This document shows, one piece after another, positions 47,097 to 56,853 of a stretch of 64,000 bases of DNA (its first letter is position 1; every line of letters starts with the position of its first letter). Both the position numbers and the translations under genes were made by a program. The notes under the pieces were generated by a model. That model was not told where the DNA came from and made no database searches. It saw nothing but the letters and a program-made list of their open reading frames with translations. Source of the DNA: Patescibacteria group bacterium. Its GTDB lineage: Bacteria > Patescibacteriota > Minisyncoccia > UBA6257 > UBA9933. The stretch is from assembly GCA_038065955.1 (NCBI GenBank), contig JBBTPY010000001.1:1890-65889 (forward strand), given 5' to 3'.

Positions 47097-47161
47097 CTTC
47101 AAAATATCCACATATGTGGCTATTTTGAAGACAAAAAAAAGGTTGACCGACCGGTCAACCC
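47097..47161. terminator. 38-bp near-perfect palindrome plus a second hairpin between convergent genes
   Basis: gtcttcaaaataTCCACATATGTGGCtattttgaagac, then A8, then ggttgacc-gacc-ggtcaacc. The latter plus the U-run terminates the minus-strand gene. Confidence 0.5.
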
Positions 47162-47165
47162 AAAC

Positions 47166-47522
47166 TTATTTTATTCTGAGAATTATTATTTCAGATAATT
47201 TTAATTTATTACTCACTATTTCTGTCATATCTTTGACCGCATCGCTTTCATTTTTAACTAAATATTCCAATAAATCTTCTGCGCTCTCTAATTCAAATGG
47301 AGAATTTGAACATTCAACGCATAAATCAAGAGAAGCTTTTTTAAATTTGTCGTTATAACTCCCATACGGACACTCGCGTTTTTCAGCCCAACATCCATTA
47401 GTTCCAAGCAAATCTTTAACTATCTTAGTAAGTTTTGTTTCACATCCTGCTTCTTCGCAAACTTTAATTAATTCTTCCACGTATTTTTCTAATAAATCAG
47501 ACATAAATTTCCCTCCTTTCAT
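47166..47522 (-). CDS. hypothetical small cysteine-containing protein
   Basis: 118-aa ORF with CEEAGCE, GCWAEKRECPYGS and CVEC cysteine pairs. Confidence 0.4.
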   Translation of the reverse strand: MKGGKFMSDLLEKYVEELIKVCEEAGCETKLTKIVKDLLGTNGCWAEKRECPYGSYNDKFKKASLDLCVECSNSPFELESAEDLLEYLVKNESDAVKDMTEIVSNKLKLSEIIILRIK

Positions 47523-47617
47523 ATTTAATTTTAATATTTACTATTCAGTAAAATATCACAATCGCCAAAAATTACAAGTTGCTTTCAATTTTTTTTAAAA
47601 TTATACTTAATTGAATT

Positions 47618-50600
47618 ATGAAATTCGTTCATCTCCATACTCATTCTCATTATTCTCTTTTGGACGGCCTGGCAAAAATTAAAGACTTAATCGCCACGGC
47701 CAAAGAACTTAAGATGAATTCCTTGGCTCTTACCGACCACGGCAATCTCTACGGCGCGATTGAATTTTATAAAGAAGCGAAGGCGGCGGGAATCAAACCT
47801 ATTTTGGGAGCGGAAATTTACGTCGCGCCGAGGACCCGTTTTAACAAAGAAGCGAAAATTGACGACCAATATTTTCATCTGACGCTTTTGGCCGAAAATA
47901 ATATCGGATGGCATAATCTCATTAAATTAATAAGCTCCGCTTATTTGGAAGGTTTTTATTACAAACCGCGGGCCGACAAAGAACTTTTAGAAAAGTACCG
48001 TGAAGGAATTATCGCGCTTTCGGGATGTCTTGGAGGAGAAATCCCCCAGTTTCTCGTAAATGACAATTTTGACGAAGCAAAAAAAACGGCTGAAAAATAC
48101 CGTGAAATTTTCGGCGCGGAAAATTTTTTTCTAGAAATCGGCCATCATCAAAACATTAAAGAATCCGTCAAAGCGAACGCAGTAATGAAAAAACTTTCCG
48201 CGGAAACAGGCATTCCTTTGGTCGCCACCCAAGACATTCATTATCTGAAAAAAGAAGACGCCCAATATCACGATATTCTTTTAGCAGTTCAAACCGGCAA
48301 TAAATTAAGCGACGATGACCGGCTTACCTTAAAAATTGACGATTTTTCAATGCGTTCGCCCGAAGAAATGATTGAATTTTTCAAAGACGCGCCCGAAGCC
48401 ATTGAAAACACCGTTAAAATCGCCGAACGATGCAATGTTAATTTAACTCTCGGGAAAACTCTTCTGCCGTCTTTCCCTATTGAAGAAAATATTTCCGCTA
48501 ACCAATGTTTGGAAAAATTGATTTCAGAAAAATTTCCTAAAAGATTTCCAAATCCCGACGAAAAAATTTTAACGCGCCTGAAATACGAATTGAACGTCAT
48601 TGAAAAAACCGAGTTTGCCGATTATTTTTTAATCGTCGCCGATTTCGTCAACTGGGCGAAAAATCACGGCATTACCGTCGGTCCGGGCCGGGGTTCGGCG
48701 GCCGGCAGTTTAGTGTCTTATATTTTAGGCATTACCGACATTGACCCGCTTAAATACGGCCTGCTTTTTGAAAGATTTTTAAATCCGGACAGAATATCAA
48801 TGCCCGATATTGATTTGGATTTCGCCGATAACCGACGGGACGAAGTGGTGGCTTACGTGCGGCAAAAATATGGCGAAGACCGGGTGGCCCAAATAATCAC
48901 TTTTGGGACGATGGCGGCCCGGGCGGCGATAAGAGACGCCGGCCGGGCATTGGGACTTCCCTACAGCCTTTGCGACCAAATTGCCAAACTGATTCCATTT
49001 AATTTCAAACTGGAAGAAGCGGTTAAAAAAATAAAAGAATTGAACGATTTATATCAAAAAGACCCGGACGCCAAACGCATTATTGAATCGGCTATCCACT
49101 TAGAAGGCGTTGCCCGCCACGCTTCGGTGCACGCCTGCGGCGTGGTGATTTCCAAAGAACCGTTAACCGATTACACGCCGCTCCAATTCGCGCCCAAAGA
49201 TTCAAGCACTATTATCACTCAATTTGAAATGCACAGCATTGAAGATTTGGGACTTCTGAAAATGGATTTTTTGGGACTTAAAAACCTGACTATTATTGAA
49301 GAAACTCTCCGCCTGGTTAAAGAAATGAAAGGCGAGGAAATTGATATTTCTAAAATTCCGCTTAATGACAAAAAGACTTTTGAATTGCTTCAAAAAGCCG
49401 AAACCGTTTCGGTTTTTCAACTGGAATCGGACGGTATGCGGCGTTATTTAAAGGAATTAAAGCCAACTGAATTTGAAGACATTATCGCGATGGTATCGCT
49501 CTATCGCCCCGGACCGATGGAACTGATTCCTTCGTTTATCAACCGCAAACACGGCCGGGAAAAAGTTGAATATCTCCATCCGAAACTTGAACCGATTTTA
49601 AAAAACACTTACGGCATCGGCATTTATCAGGAACAAATGATGAGAATCGCCCAAGACCTGTCCGGCTTTACGCTGGCCGAAGCCGATATTTTAAGAAAAG
49701 CCATCGGTAAAAAAATAAAATCGCTTCTTGATTCCCAGAAAGAAAAATTAATCAAAGGAATGCTGAAAAACGGCATTGAACAAAAAACAGCCAACGCCGT
49801 CTGGGAACTTTTCCCGCCGTTCGCCAAATACGGATTTAACAAATCCCATGCCGCCTGCTACGCGCTTATCGCTTACCAGACCGCCTACTTAAAATCTCAT
49901 TATCCGATTGAATTTATGACCGCCTTATTTAACGCTAATGCCGGCGACATTGAAAGAATCGCTTTTCTGGTTGAAGAAGCAAAAAAAAATAATGTTGCCG
50001 TATTTCCGCCAGACATTAATAAAAGTTTCGTAAATTTCGCTCCTGAACAAAACAATATTCGTTTCGGACTTTTAACCGTTAAAAATGTCGGCGCCAATGT
50101 TATTGAAAGTATTATCGATGAACGGCTTAAAAACAACGATTTCAAAGATTTCTCAGATTTTTTAAACCGAACGCTTCATAAAGATTTAAATAAGAAATCG
50201 TTGGAGAGTTTAATTAAGGCCGGAGTTTTTGACAGTTTTAATATTGAAAGGGGGCTGCTTTTGGCAAATATTGAAAATATCCTGTCTTTCAGTCAAGGCG
50301 TCAAGAAATCGCGAGTATCTTCTCAAAACAATTTATTCGGCTCTGATTTCACAAATGGGTCGCTGAAATTAATTCCCGCTTCGCCGGCGACAAACAAAGA
50401 AAAACTTTCATGGGAAAAAGAACTTGTCGGCTTATACATTTCCGACCATCCGCTTAAAGAATATTCAAATAAATTAAAAGAACTGAAAGTAATGTCCATT
50501 AAAGAATTAAAAAATAAAAAAACAATCGGCGGCGCCTGCCGCGTGGCCGGAGTTATCGTCAAAATCAGAAAAATTTTGACCAAAAACAACGAACCGATGC

Positions 50601-50773
50601 TGTTCGCTAAAATTGAAGATTTGGACGACAATTTGGAAATAGTCGTTTTCCCCGGCGCTTTGGCGAAAAATCCTTCGCTCTGGCGGGAAAATAACATAAT
50701 TATTATTGAAGGCCGGCTGTCCCACAAAGACGCCGAACCGAAACTAATCTGCCAAGGAGCGATTGAATTGTAA
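47618..50773 (+). CDS. dnaE: DNA polymerase III alpha subunit
   Basis: PHP domain FVHLHTHSHYSLLDG, polymerase core GPGRGSAAGS, PDIDLDF, HHH and OB regions; 1051 aa. Confidence 0.92.
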   Translation: MKFVHLHTHSHYSLLDGLAKIKDLIATAKELKMNSLALTDHGNLYGAIEFYKEAKAAGIKPILGAEIYVAPRTRFNKEAKIDDQYFHLTLLAENNIGWHNLIKLISSAYLEGFYYKPRADKELLEKYREGIIALSGCLGGEIPQFLVNDNFDEAKKTAEKYREIFGAENFFLEIGHHQNIKESVKANAVMKKLSAETGIPLVATQDIHYLKKEDAQYHDILLAVQTGNKLSDDDRLTLKIDDFSMRSPEEMIEFFKDAPEAIENTVKIAERCNVNLTLGKTLLPSFPIEENISANQCLEKLISEKFPKRFPNPDEKILTRLKYELNVIEKTEFADYFLIVADFVNWAKNHGITVGPGRGSAAGSLVSYILGITDIDPLKYGLLFERFLNPDRISMPDIDLDFADNRRDEVVAYVRQKYGEDRVAQIITFGTMAARAAIRDAGRALGLPYSLCDQIAKLIPFNFKLEEAVKKIKELNDLYQKDPDAKRIIESAIHLEGVARHASVHACGVVISKEPLTDYTPLQFAPKDSSTIITQFEMHSIEDLGLLKMDFLGLKNLTIIEETLRLVKEMKGEEIDISKIPLNDKKTFELLQKAETVSVFQLESDGMRRYLKELKPTEFEDIIAMVSLYRPGPMELIPSFINRKHGREKVEYLHPKLEPILKNTYGIGIYQEQMMRIAQDLSGFTLAEADILRKAIGKKIKSLLDSQKEKLIKGMLKNGIEQKTANAVWELFPPFAKYGFNKSHAACYALIAYQTAYLKSHYPIEFMTALFNANAGDIERIAFLVEEAKKNNVAVFPPDINKSFVNFAPEQNNIRFGLLTVKNVGANVIESIIDERLKNNDFKDFSDFLNRTLHKDLNKKSLESLIKAGVFDSFNIERGLLLANIENILSFSQGVKKSRVSSQNNLFGSDFTNGSLKLIPASPATNKEKLSWEKELVGLYISDHPLKEYSNKLKELKVMSIKELKNKKTIGGACRVAGVIVKIRKILTKNNEPMLFAKIEDLDDNLEIVVFPGALAKNPSLWRENNIIIIEGRLSHKDAEPKLICQGAIEL

Positions 50774-50818
50774 TATCTGACATTTGACATCTAACATCTG
50801 ACAATTAACAATTAATTT

Positions 50819-52585
50819 ATGAATAATAATTTAGAAAAAATTCGCCACTCGCTTGCCCATTTATTGGCAATGGCGGTTTTGGAAAAATTTCCAAATGCCA
50901 AATTAGGAATCGGTCCGATAATTGAAAACGGATTTTATTATGATTTTGATAAAATTAAAATCAGCGACATCGACTTGCCGGAATTAGAAAAACGAATGCG
51001 AGAGCTGATTAAACAAAATTTAAAATTCAAAAAAGAAATTATCTCCCCTATCGCGGCAAAAAAACTTTTTATCAAACAACAATATAAATTAGAACTAATT
51101 AAAGAACTCCAAAAAGCAAAAAAGACGGCTTTAATTTATAAAACTGCCGAATTTACGGATTTATGCGCCGGACCTCATATTTCTTCCATGAAAGAAATTA
51201 ATCCCGATGCTTTTAAGTTAACCAAAATTGCAGGCGCTTATTGGCGCGGCGACGAAAAAAATCCGATGCTTACGCGCGTTTACGGCGTGGCGTTTGAGAA
51301 TAAAAAAGAACTTGACGAATATCTTAAAAAAATGGAACTGGCGGAAAAATGCGACCATCGCAATATCGGCGAAAAACTGGATTTATTTATGATTGACGAA
51401 GAAATAGGAAAGGGGCTTCCCTTGTGGCTTCCGAAAGGATACGCCATCCGCAAAAAACTGGAAGATTATATTTATAAAATTGAAAAACAAAACGGATATT
51501 CGCATGTTCTTACGCCGCAAATCGCCAAGGACGAACTTTATAAAAAATCGGGACATTTGGCGCATTACAAAAATGATATGTACGCGCCCATTGCGATTGA
51601 TAATGAAAAATATTATTTAAGGCCGATGAATTGTCCGCATCACCATTCCATTTACAAACACTCTAAACGAAGTTATCGCGAATTGCCATTGCGAATCGCC
51701 GAATTCGGCGCGGTTTACCGATATGAACGCTCGGGAGTTTTATCCGGTCTTATCCGCGTGCGAGGATTTACCCAAAACGACGCCCATATTTATGCCACCG
51801 AAGAAACTTTGGAAAAAGAAATTATTTCCATTTTGAATCTCCATAAAAAAGTTTTTGATGATTTTAATATAAAAGATTATTGGTATCGCCTATCCTTGCC
51901 GGATTTCAAAAATAAAGAAAAATTCGGAGATGTAAAAAATAAAAAAATGTGGGAAAACGGCGCGGCAATTCTTAAAAAATCGCTTAAAAATCTTGGCCAC
52001 AAATTTACCGAAGCCGTCGGCGAAGCGTCTTTTTACGGCCCAAAAATAGACATTCAAATGAAAGATTTATACGGCAAAGAAGACACTATCGCCACTATTC
52101 AGATTGATTATTATTCAGCCGAAAAATTCAATCTTTCTTATATTGACAAAGACGGGAAAGAAAAACCGGCAATTGTCATTCACCGCGCGATTTTCGGCTC
52201 ATTTGAAAGATTTTTCGCTTTTCTGATTGAAAAAACCTGCGGCAATTTGCCATTATGGCTCGCGCCGATTCAGGCAAAAATTCTGGCCGTAAGCGAAAAA
52301 TATGACGATTACGCCAAAAAAATCCTGAAAGAATTGGAGAATAACGATATTGCCGCAGAACTTGCCGCAAGCAATGAAACTTTGGGCAAACGCATCCGCG
52401 AAGCCGAACTCCAAAAAATTCCTTATATTTTAATCGTCGGCGACAAAGAATTTCAAAATCAAACCGTCAATATCCGGCATCGCGGGGAAGGTTTATCCGC
52501 CGAAGCCAAAGCGAAGACGGAAGAAATAAAAATTGACGGACTTATTGAAAAAATTAAAAAAGAAATTGAAAATAAAATCGCCTGA
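50819..52585 (+). CDS. thrS: threonine--tRNA ligase lacking the N-terminal TGS domain
   Basis: Editing/second-domain start HSLAHLLA, class II motifs (FRYERSG, GFTQNDAHIY) and a C-terminal anticodon-binding domain. Confidence 0.85.
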   Translation: MNNNLEKIRHSLAHLLAMAVLEKFPNAKLGIGPIIENGFYYDFDKIKISDIDLPELEKRMRELIKQNLKFKKEIISPIAAKKLFIKQQYKLELIKELQKAKKTALIYKTAEFTDLCAGPHISSMKEINPDAFKLTKIAGAYWRGDEKNPMLTRVYGVAFENKKELDEYLKKMELAEKCDHRNIGEKLDLFMIDEEIGKGLPLWLPKGYAIRKKLEDYIYKIEKQNGYSHVLTPQIAKDELYKKSGHLAHYKNDMYAPIAIDNEKYYLRPMNCPHHHSIYKHSKRSYRELPLRIAEFGAVYRYERSGVLSGLIRVRGFTQNDAHIYATEETLEKEIISILNLHKKVFDDFNIKDYWYRLSLPDFKNKEKFGDVKNKKMWENGAAILKKSLKNLGHKFTEAVGEASFYGPKIDIQMKDLYGKEDTIATIQIDYYSAEKFNLSYIDKDGKEKPAIVIHRAIFGSFERFFAFLIEKTCGNLPLWLAPIQAKILAVSEKYDDYAKKILKELENNDIAAELAASNETLGKRIREAELQKIPYILIVGDKEFQNQTVNIRHRGEGLSAEAKAKTEEIKIDGLIEKIKKEIENKIA

Positions 52586-52680
52586 AGTATATCTTGAAAA
52601 CCGATGGTTTTCAAACTTTCCTATAATATTCCTGCGGCAAGACCGCAGGAAAATCCGCTACGCGTATTTTAAATATTTAC

Positions 52681-52722
52681 TTTTTAGTCATTTACTCGCA
52701 TATACGAGTAAATGACTAAAAA
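52681..52722. terminator. 42-nt perfect palindrome (18-bp stem) after thrS; third of three consecutive hairpins
   Basis: tttttagtcatttactcg-catata-cgagtaaatgactaaaaa, preceded by gaaaacc-gat-ggttttc (52596-52612) and cctgcgg-caaga-ccgcagg (52631-52649). Confidence 0.5.
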
Positions 52723-52745
52723 TAATTATTGCCTATAATTTAGCA

Positions 52746-53339
52746 TTATATTTTTAACAAACCCCACCACGGCAAAGTTTTAAGCCAAAACTCCGTTATT
52801 AAAATAGTAAAAATCGCCGCAACCGGCCAAAAATAATACAAAGAAAGGCGCTCGCCTATTAACGACCAACGACCGACAATTAACGATAAAACAACGGCAA
52901 TCGCGAGAATAAAAACAATATAAAACAGCGTTCCGGGATAACTGGCCAAAAAAATTGAAACCCCGCCGAACCAATATTCTTCCGGATAAAAAAACCGCTC
53001 TTCGTATTTTTGGTTATACTTTTTGGCGGCAAAAATAAATAAAACCGCCGCTAAAAGCGACAGCAAATAAGGCGCGAAAAATCTGGTGCCGACATAAAAT
53101 ATAAAATAACTGATGCTTTGATGAGGGGAAAGAAAAAATTTTGAAATTTCGCCTTGCGACCAATTTTGATATTGCTGATAAGAAAGATAAATTAAATATC
53201 CAAAAATAAATATTACAGAGAAAATAAAAATTCGGCGAAAAAATAGAGATTTATTATTAATCGCCAACGAGGAGCGTCCGCTAAAAGCGGACGCTCCCAT
53301 AATAATTAAAATAATTATTAGCGAAAAGTAAAACAACAT
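52746..53339 (-). CDS. polytopic membrane protein, unknown function
   Basis: About 6 hydrophobic helices; no motif recognised. Confidence 0.45.
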   Translation of the reverse strand: MLFYFSLIIILIIMGASAFSGRSSLAINNKSLFFRRIFIFSVIFIFGYLIYLSYQQYQNWSQGEISKFFLSPHQSISYFIFYVGTRFFAPYLLSLLAAVLFIFAAKKYNQKYEERFFYPEEYWFGGVSIFLASYPGTLFYIVFILAIAVVLSLIVGRWSLIGERLSLYYFWPVAAIFTILITEFWLKTLPWWGLLKI

Positions 53340-53359
53340 CTTTTTTATCTGTTAAAAAA

Positions 53360-53974
53360 TTAAAGATCAAAACCGGGATCAGTACCAGTTTCATAAAAAC
53401 CAGTTGTAGCTGTTATCCCGCATCCTGTCAAAGGCACGGAAACCATAGGCCTGTCTCCTCCATCATCTGCCATTTTTTGCCTGTATTTAGTACTTTCCAA
53501 ACAAGCATTCAACTCAAAAGTTAAGGCTGATTGATCGCAAGCATAACGATATATCAAATCACCAGAATTCGTCGGATCAATTGGCAAAATAGCTAAAGGC
53601 GCGCCGCCAAAAACAGCTGAAATATCAACGGGCAACCAACCATTACCGTTAACTTCTCTAGTTACGTCAACAGCGTTGGTGGTTCTATTTGCAAAACTCT
53701 GTGTTGCTGGTGTTGCTGCTGCATATACGCGTCCGCCGGCGCCGGCAGCGCACTCCGAATTAGCCAACACACCACCATTCAAATCCGGCAACGTTGCGTC
53801 TGAAAGATATAATCCAATAGCAGCGCGAACAGCATCAACATCACTCAATCTTTGGCTGTCTCTCGCCTGCGCCAATAGCTGGGCCGGATTTAAAACCAAA
53901 GTAACGGCCGAGGCCAAAATCGCCAAAATACCGATAACGATCAATAATTCAAGTAAAGTAAAACCTTTTCTCAT
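53360..53974 (-). CDS. type IV pilin / pseudopilin
   Basis: Prepilin leader and N-methylation site MRKGFTLLELLIVIGILAIL. Confidence 0.8.
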   Translation of the reverse strand: MRKGFTLLELLIVIGILAILASAVTLVLNPAQLLAQARDSQRLSDVDAVRAAIGLYLSDATLPDLNGGVLANSECAAGAGGRVYAAATPATQSFANRTTNAVDVTREVNGNGWLPVDISAVFGGAPLAILPIDPTNSGDLIYRYACDQSALTFELNACLESTKYRQKMADDGGDRPMVSVPLTGCGITATTGFYETGTDPGFDL

Positions 53975-54067
53975 AAATTATTACTATATATTAAACTCTT
54001 GCGACCTTTTTATAATTATAGCAAGGATTTTTTAAAAATTAAAAGGAGGGTTGTGGATAACTTTATA

Positions 54068-54442
54068 TTAAGGTTTTTTAAGAAAAGTTTTTATTTTCCC
54101 TATCAGTTCGTCTATGGAAATTTTCGCTTTAATAAAATATTCAATCGCTCCGAGCTGTTTGCTTTTGGCGACATCTTCCGGCTGACCTAAATTAGATATG
54201 ACAATAATCGGCATTCCTTTATTAATTTGAGGGTCGGAAGCCATCTCTTCCATTACTTCAAAACCGGTTTTTTTCGGAAGAATTAAATCTAATAAAATTA
54301 AAGCCGGTGAAAATTCTCGCAAGCGGTTTAAAGCCTCCTCTCCGTCTTTAGCTAAAACCACTTCCAAATCCTCTTTCTGAAGCCGATTTTTCAACAGAGA
54401 AGATAAAAACGGGTCATCTTCAACTAAAAGAATTTTATCCAT
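54068..54442 (-). CDS. response regulator receiver domain protein (CheY-like)
   Basis: ILLVEDD, phospho-acceptor LILLDLILP, conserved K in IEYFIKAK. Confidence 0.8.
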   Translation of the reverse strand: MDKILLVEDDPFLSSLLKNRLQKEDLEVVLAKDGEEALNRLREFSPALILLDLILPKKTGFEVMEEMASDPQINKGMPIIVISNLGQPEDVAKSKQLGAIEYFIKAKISIDELIGKIKTFLKKP

Positions 54443-54487
54443 TGATAAATTTTAACGCTTTATATAAAAGAGAGCAAGGTTTAATCA

Positions 54488-54515
54488 TTGACTAAGTTTA
54501 TTTTTTGACTATATT
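54488..54515 (+). promoter_or_regulatory. sigma-70-like promoter of tRNA-Asp
   Basis: TTGACT - 16 nt - TATATT, ending about 8 nt before the tRNA 5' end. Confidence 0.45.
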
Positions 54516-54524
54516 AAATTAGAC

Positions 54525-54599
54525 GGACCCGTAGTGTAGCCCGGTTAACACGTCTCCCTGTCACGGAGAAGATCGCCGGTTCAAATCCGGTCGGGTCCG
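54525..54599 (+). tRNA. tRNA-Asp (anticodon GTC)
   Basis: Manual fold: acceptor GGACCCG/CGGGTCC, D-arm GTGT..ACAC, anticodon loop CTGTCAC, T-arm GCCGG-TTCAAAT-CCGGT. Confidence 0.85.
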
Positions 54600-54605
54600 C
54601 AAATA

Positions 54606-55103
54606 TCAATCAATCAACCCAAATTCTTGAAAAGCTTTTTTATAAATTTCAATGCACATCCAAGCCTCGCCGCGAGCAAGTTTAAAATCCGGTTCGTGAA
54701 CGATGCGGTTTCTTATTTTGTGCGCCTGCCAAATTTCGGAAATATTAGAAAGCTGAGCCGGAACGATTTGCTTCAAGCGATCGCTCATTGTTTCTCCTTT
54801 GTAACCGCTAAGTTTTAACAGTTCGTCTAAAACCTTATCGGATTCAATAATGGCCAATTTTAAATTAGAATCGTCTCCCGTATTAAATCTTTTTAAAATC
54901 TGTTTCCAAGCTTTAACTGTTCTTCTTTTGGACAGCCGATTTTTTCCCAAAATATCGAAAAAATACCGCGCCTCTTCGCCGATAAAATGAGTTTTGACAA
55001 TAATAAAAATTATCAACCAAAGAAAAATGCCGGAGATAATCAACGATGCCAATTCAAACCAAAATAAATTATTGGAAACAAATTTTAAAAATAATCTAAT
55101 CAT
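54606..55103 (-). CDS. hypothetical membrane-anchored protein
   Basis: N-terminal TM; 8-nt overlap with the gatA stop. Confidence 0.4.
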   Translation of the reverse strand: MIRLFLKFVSNNLFWFELASLIISGIFLWLIIFIIVKTHFIGEEARYFFDILGKNRLSKRRTVKAWKQILKRFNTGDDSNLKLAIIESDKVLDELLKLSGYKGETMSDRLKQIVPAQLSNISEIWQAHKIRNRIVHEPDFKLARGEAWMCIEIYKKAFQEFGLID

Positions 55104-56562
55104 TTTTTATCGCTAGTTGTTCGTAATGTTTTCCTATTCCCAAAATATCCGCTTCATGAAATGGTTTGCCGATTAATTGAAAACCAACCGGCAATTCGTC
55201 TTGATATTTTTTTACCGGTATGGAAATCGCCGGCAAGCCGGCCAAATTAACGGGAATCGTAAAAATATCTTCTAAATACATTTTAAGCGGGTCTTTTGTT
55301 TTCTCGCCGATTTTGAAAGCGGGCGTTGGCGAAACAGGAGTTAAAATCACATCAACTTCCTTAAACGCTTTATCAAAATCTTCTTTTATCAATCGCCTGA
55401 CTTTCTGAGCTTTAATATAATAAGCGTCATAATAACCCGATGAAAGAACGAATGTGCCTAAAATAATTCTTCGTTTTACTTCCTCGCCAAAACCCTCACC
55501 CCGAGTTTTTAAATATATATCTTTAAGATTTAAAATTTCAGATTTCAGATTTAAGAAGCGCGAATAACGAATACCGTCGAATCGCGCCATGTTCGCGCTC
55601 ACTTCCGCCGGCATAATAATATAATAGCAAGACAAAGCGTATTTTGTGTGAGGTAAACTGATTTCCTTAAATTCTATTTTTAGAGATTTTAGATTTTTAA
55701 TCGCTTCTTCTATTCCATTTTCCACTTCTTTGCTTAATCCACCGGCAAAATATTCCTTCGGCAACCCAATGGTAAAATTTTGTATCTTGTATTTTGTATC
55801 TTGTATTTTGTATTTATAATCAATGGATGTTGAATCAAGTTCGTCTTTGCCGGCAATCGCTTCAAATAAAATTGCCGCATCTTCAACGGTTTTGGCAATC
55901 GGCCCGATTTGGTCAAGCGAAGAAGCCATAGCAATCAAACCATAACGCGAAACGGCGCCATAAGTCGGTTTTAATCCGACAACTCCGCAAAAACCGGCCG
56001 GTTGGCGAATAGAACCGCCGGTGTCGGAACCCAAAGCCGCAACGCACATATCCGAAGCCACAGCCGCAGCCGAACCGCCGGAAGAACCGCCCGGCACCCG
56101 CTCCAAATCATTAGGATTTTTAGTAATCTTAAATGCCGAATTTTCCGTTGAAGAACCCATGGCAAACTCATCCATATTGGTTTTGCCGAGAAAAATTACT
56201 CCGGCTGATTTCAATTTCTCAATTACCGCCGCGTCATAACTTGCCCTGTAATTTCCCAAAATTTTTGAAGCGGCAGTTGCCGGCTCGCCATCAATTAAAA
56301 TATTATCTTTAATGGCTATCGGCGCTCCGGACAAAATTCCTAATTCTTTCCCTTTAGCTAATTCAATGTCAACTTTATTCGCCTGCGACAAAGCCAAATC
56401 TTTAGTCAACCTCAAATAAGCGCCGATTTCCCTATCTTTTTCTTCAATATAATCAAAAAAAACCTTTGTGACTTCAAAGGCGGAAAAATCTTTATTTGCC
56501 AATCCATTATGAAATTTTTTAATGGTTAAATTTTTTAAATCCATATTTAAAATATCATTCAA
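55096..56562 (-). CDS. gatA: Glu-tRNA(Gln)/Asp-tRNA(Asn) amidotransferase subunit A
   Basis: Amidase signature GGSSGGSAAAVA and Ser-cisSer-Lys context; 8-nt overlap with gatC. Confidence 0.9.
   Translation of the reverse strand: MNDILNMDLKNLTIKKFHNGLANKDFSAFEVTKVFFDYIEEKDREIGAYLRLTKDLALSQANKVDIELAKGKELGILSGAPIAIKDNILIDGEPATAASKILGNYRASYDAAVIEKLKSAGVIFLGKTNMDEFAMGSSTENSAFKITKNPNDLERVPGGSSGGSAAAVASDMCVAALGSDTGGSIRQPAGFCGVVGLKPTYGAVSRYGLIAMASSLDQIGPIAKTVEDAAILFEAIAGKDELDSTSIDYKYKIQDTKYKIQNFTIGLPKEYFAGGLSKEVENGIEEAIKNLKSLKIEFKEISLPHTKYALSCYYIIMPAEVSANMARFDGIRYSRFLNLKSEILNLKDIYLKTRGEGFGEEVKRRIILGTFVLSSGYYDAYYIKAQKVRRLIKEDFDKAFKEVDVILTPVSPTPAFKIGEKTKDPLKMYLEDIFTIPVNLAGLPAISIPVKKYQDELPVGFQLIGKPFHEADILGIGKHYEQLAIKND
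55779..55813 (-). repeat. (ATACAAR)5 heptanucleotide microsatellite inside the gatA coding sequence
   Basis: Plus strand YTTGTAT x5; encodes YKYKIQDTKYKIQN. Confidence 0.8.
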
Positions 56563-56842
56563 ATACCGCCGGCACTTTTAAAAATCCGTTTTCTTTTTCC
56601 GGAAAAGCGTCAATCAATTTTCTACTCGTACCCGCTCCCATAAATTCGTCTTCGCGAAAAACATTTTTTTCAATCGTTCCGCCCGACATCGACTCAATAT
56701 TTTTCGTGTCAACTTCTTTAAGTTCTTCAAAATAATCAAAAATCGCCTGAATGTCTTTAAGTAATTTGTCCTCGCTTTTTTCATTTAATTCAATTTTTGA
56801 AAGTTCAGCCAAATATTTTAAATTTTGCTTGTCGATTTTCAT
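56555..56842 (-). CDS. gatC: amidotransferase subunit C
   Basis: 95 aa, LAELSKIELNEKSEDKLLKDIQAIFDYFEEL pattern, immediately upstream of gatA. Confidence 0.8.
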   Translation of the reverse strand: MKIDKQNLKYLAELSKIELNEKSEDKLLKDIQAIFDYFEELKEVDTKNIESMSGGTIEKNVFREDEFMGAGTSRKLIDAFPEKENGFLKVPAVFE

Positions 56843-56853
56843 TTTTTATTTTT

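Noticed and set aside
48289-50790. Several 60-155 aa minus-strand ORFs inside dnaE, and similar antisense ORFs inside glgA, GH57, alaS and the Cys-rich gene
   Set aside because: Antisense shadow ORFs within long, confidently assigned genes.
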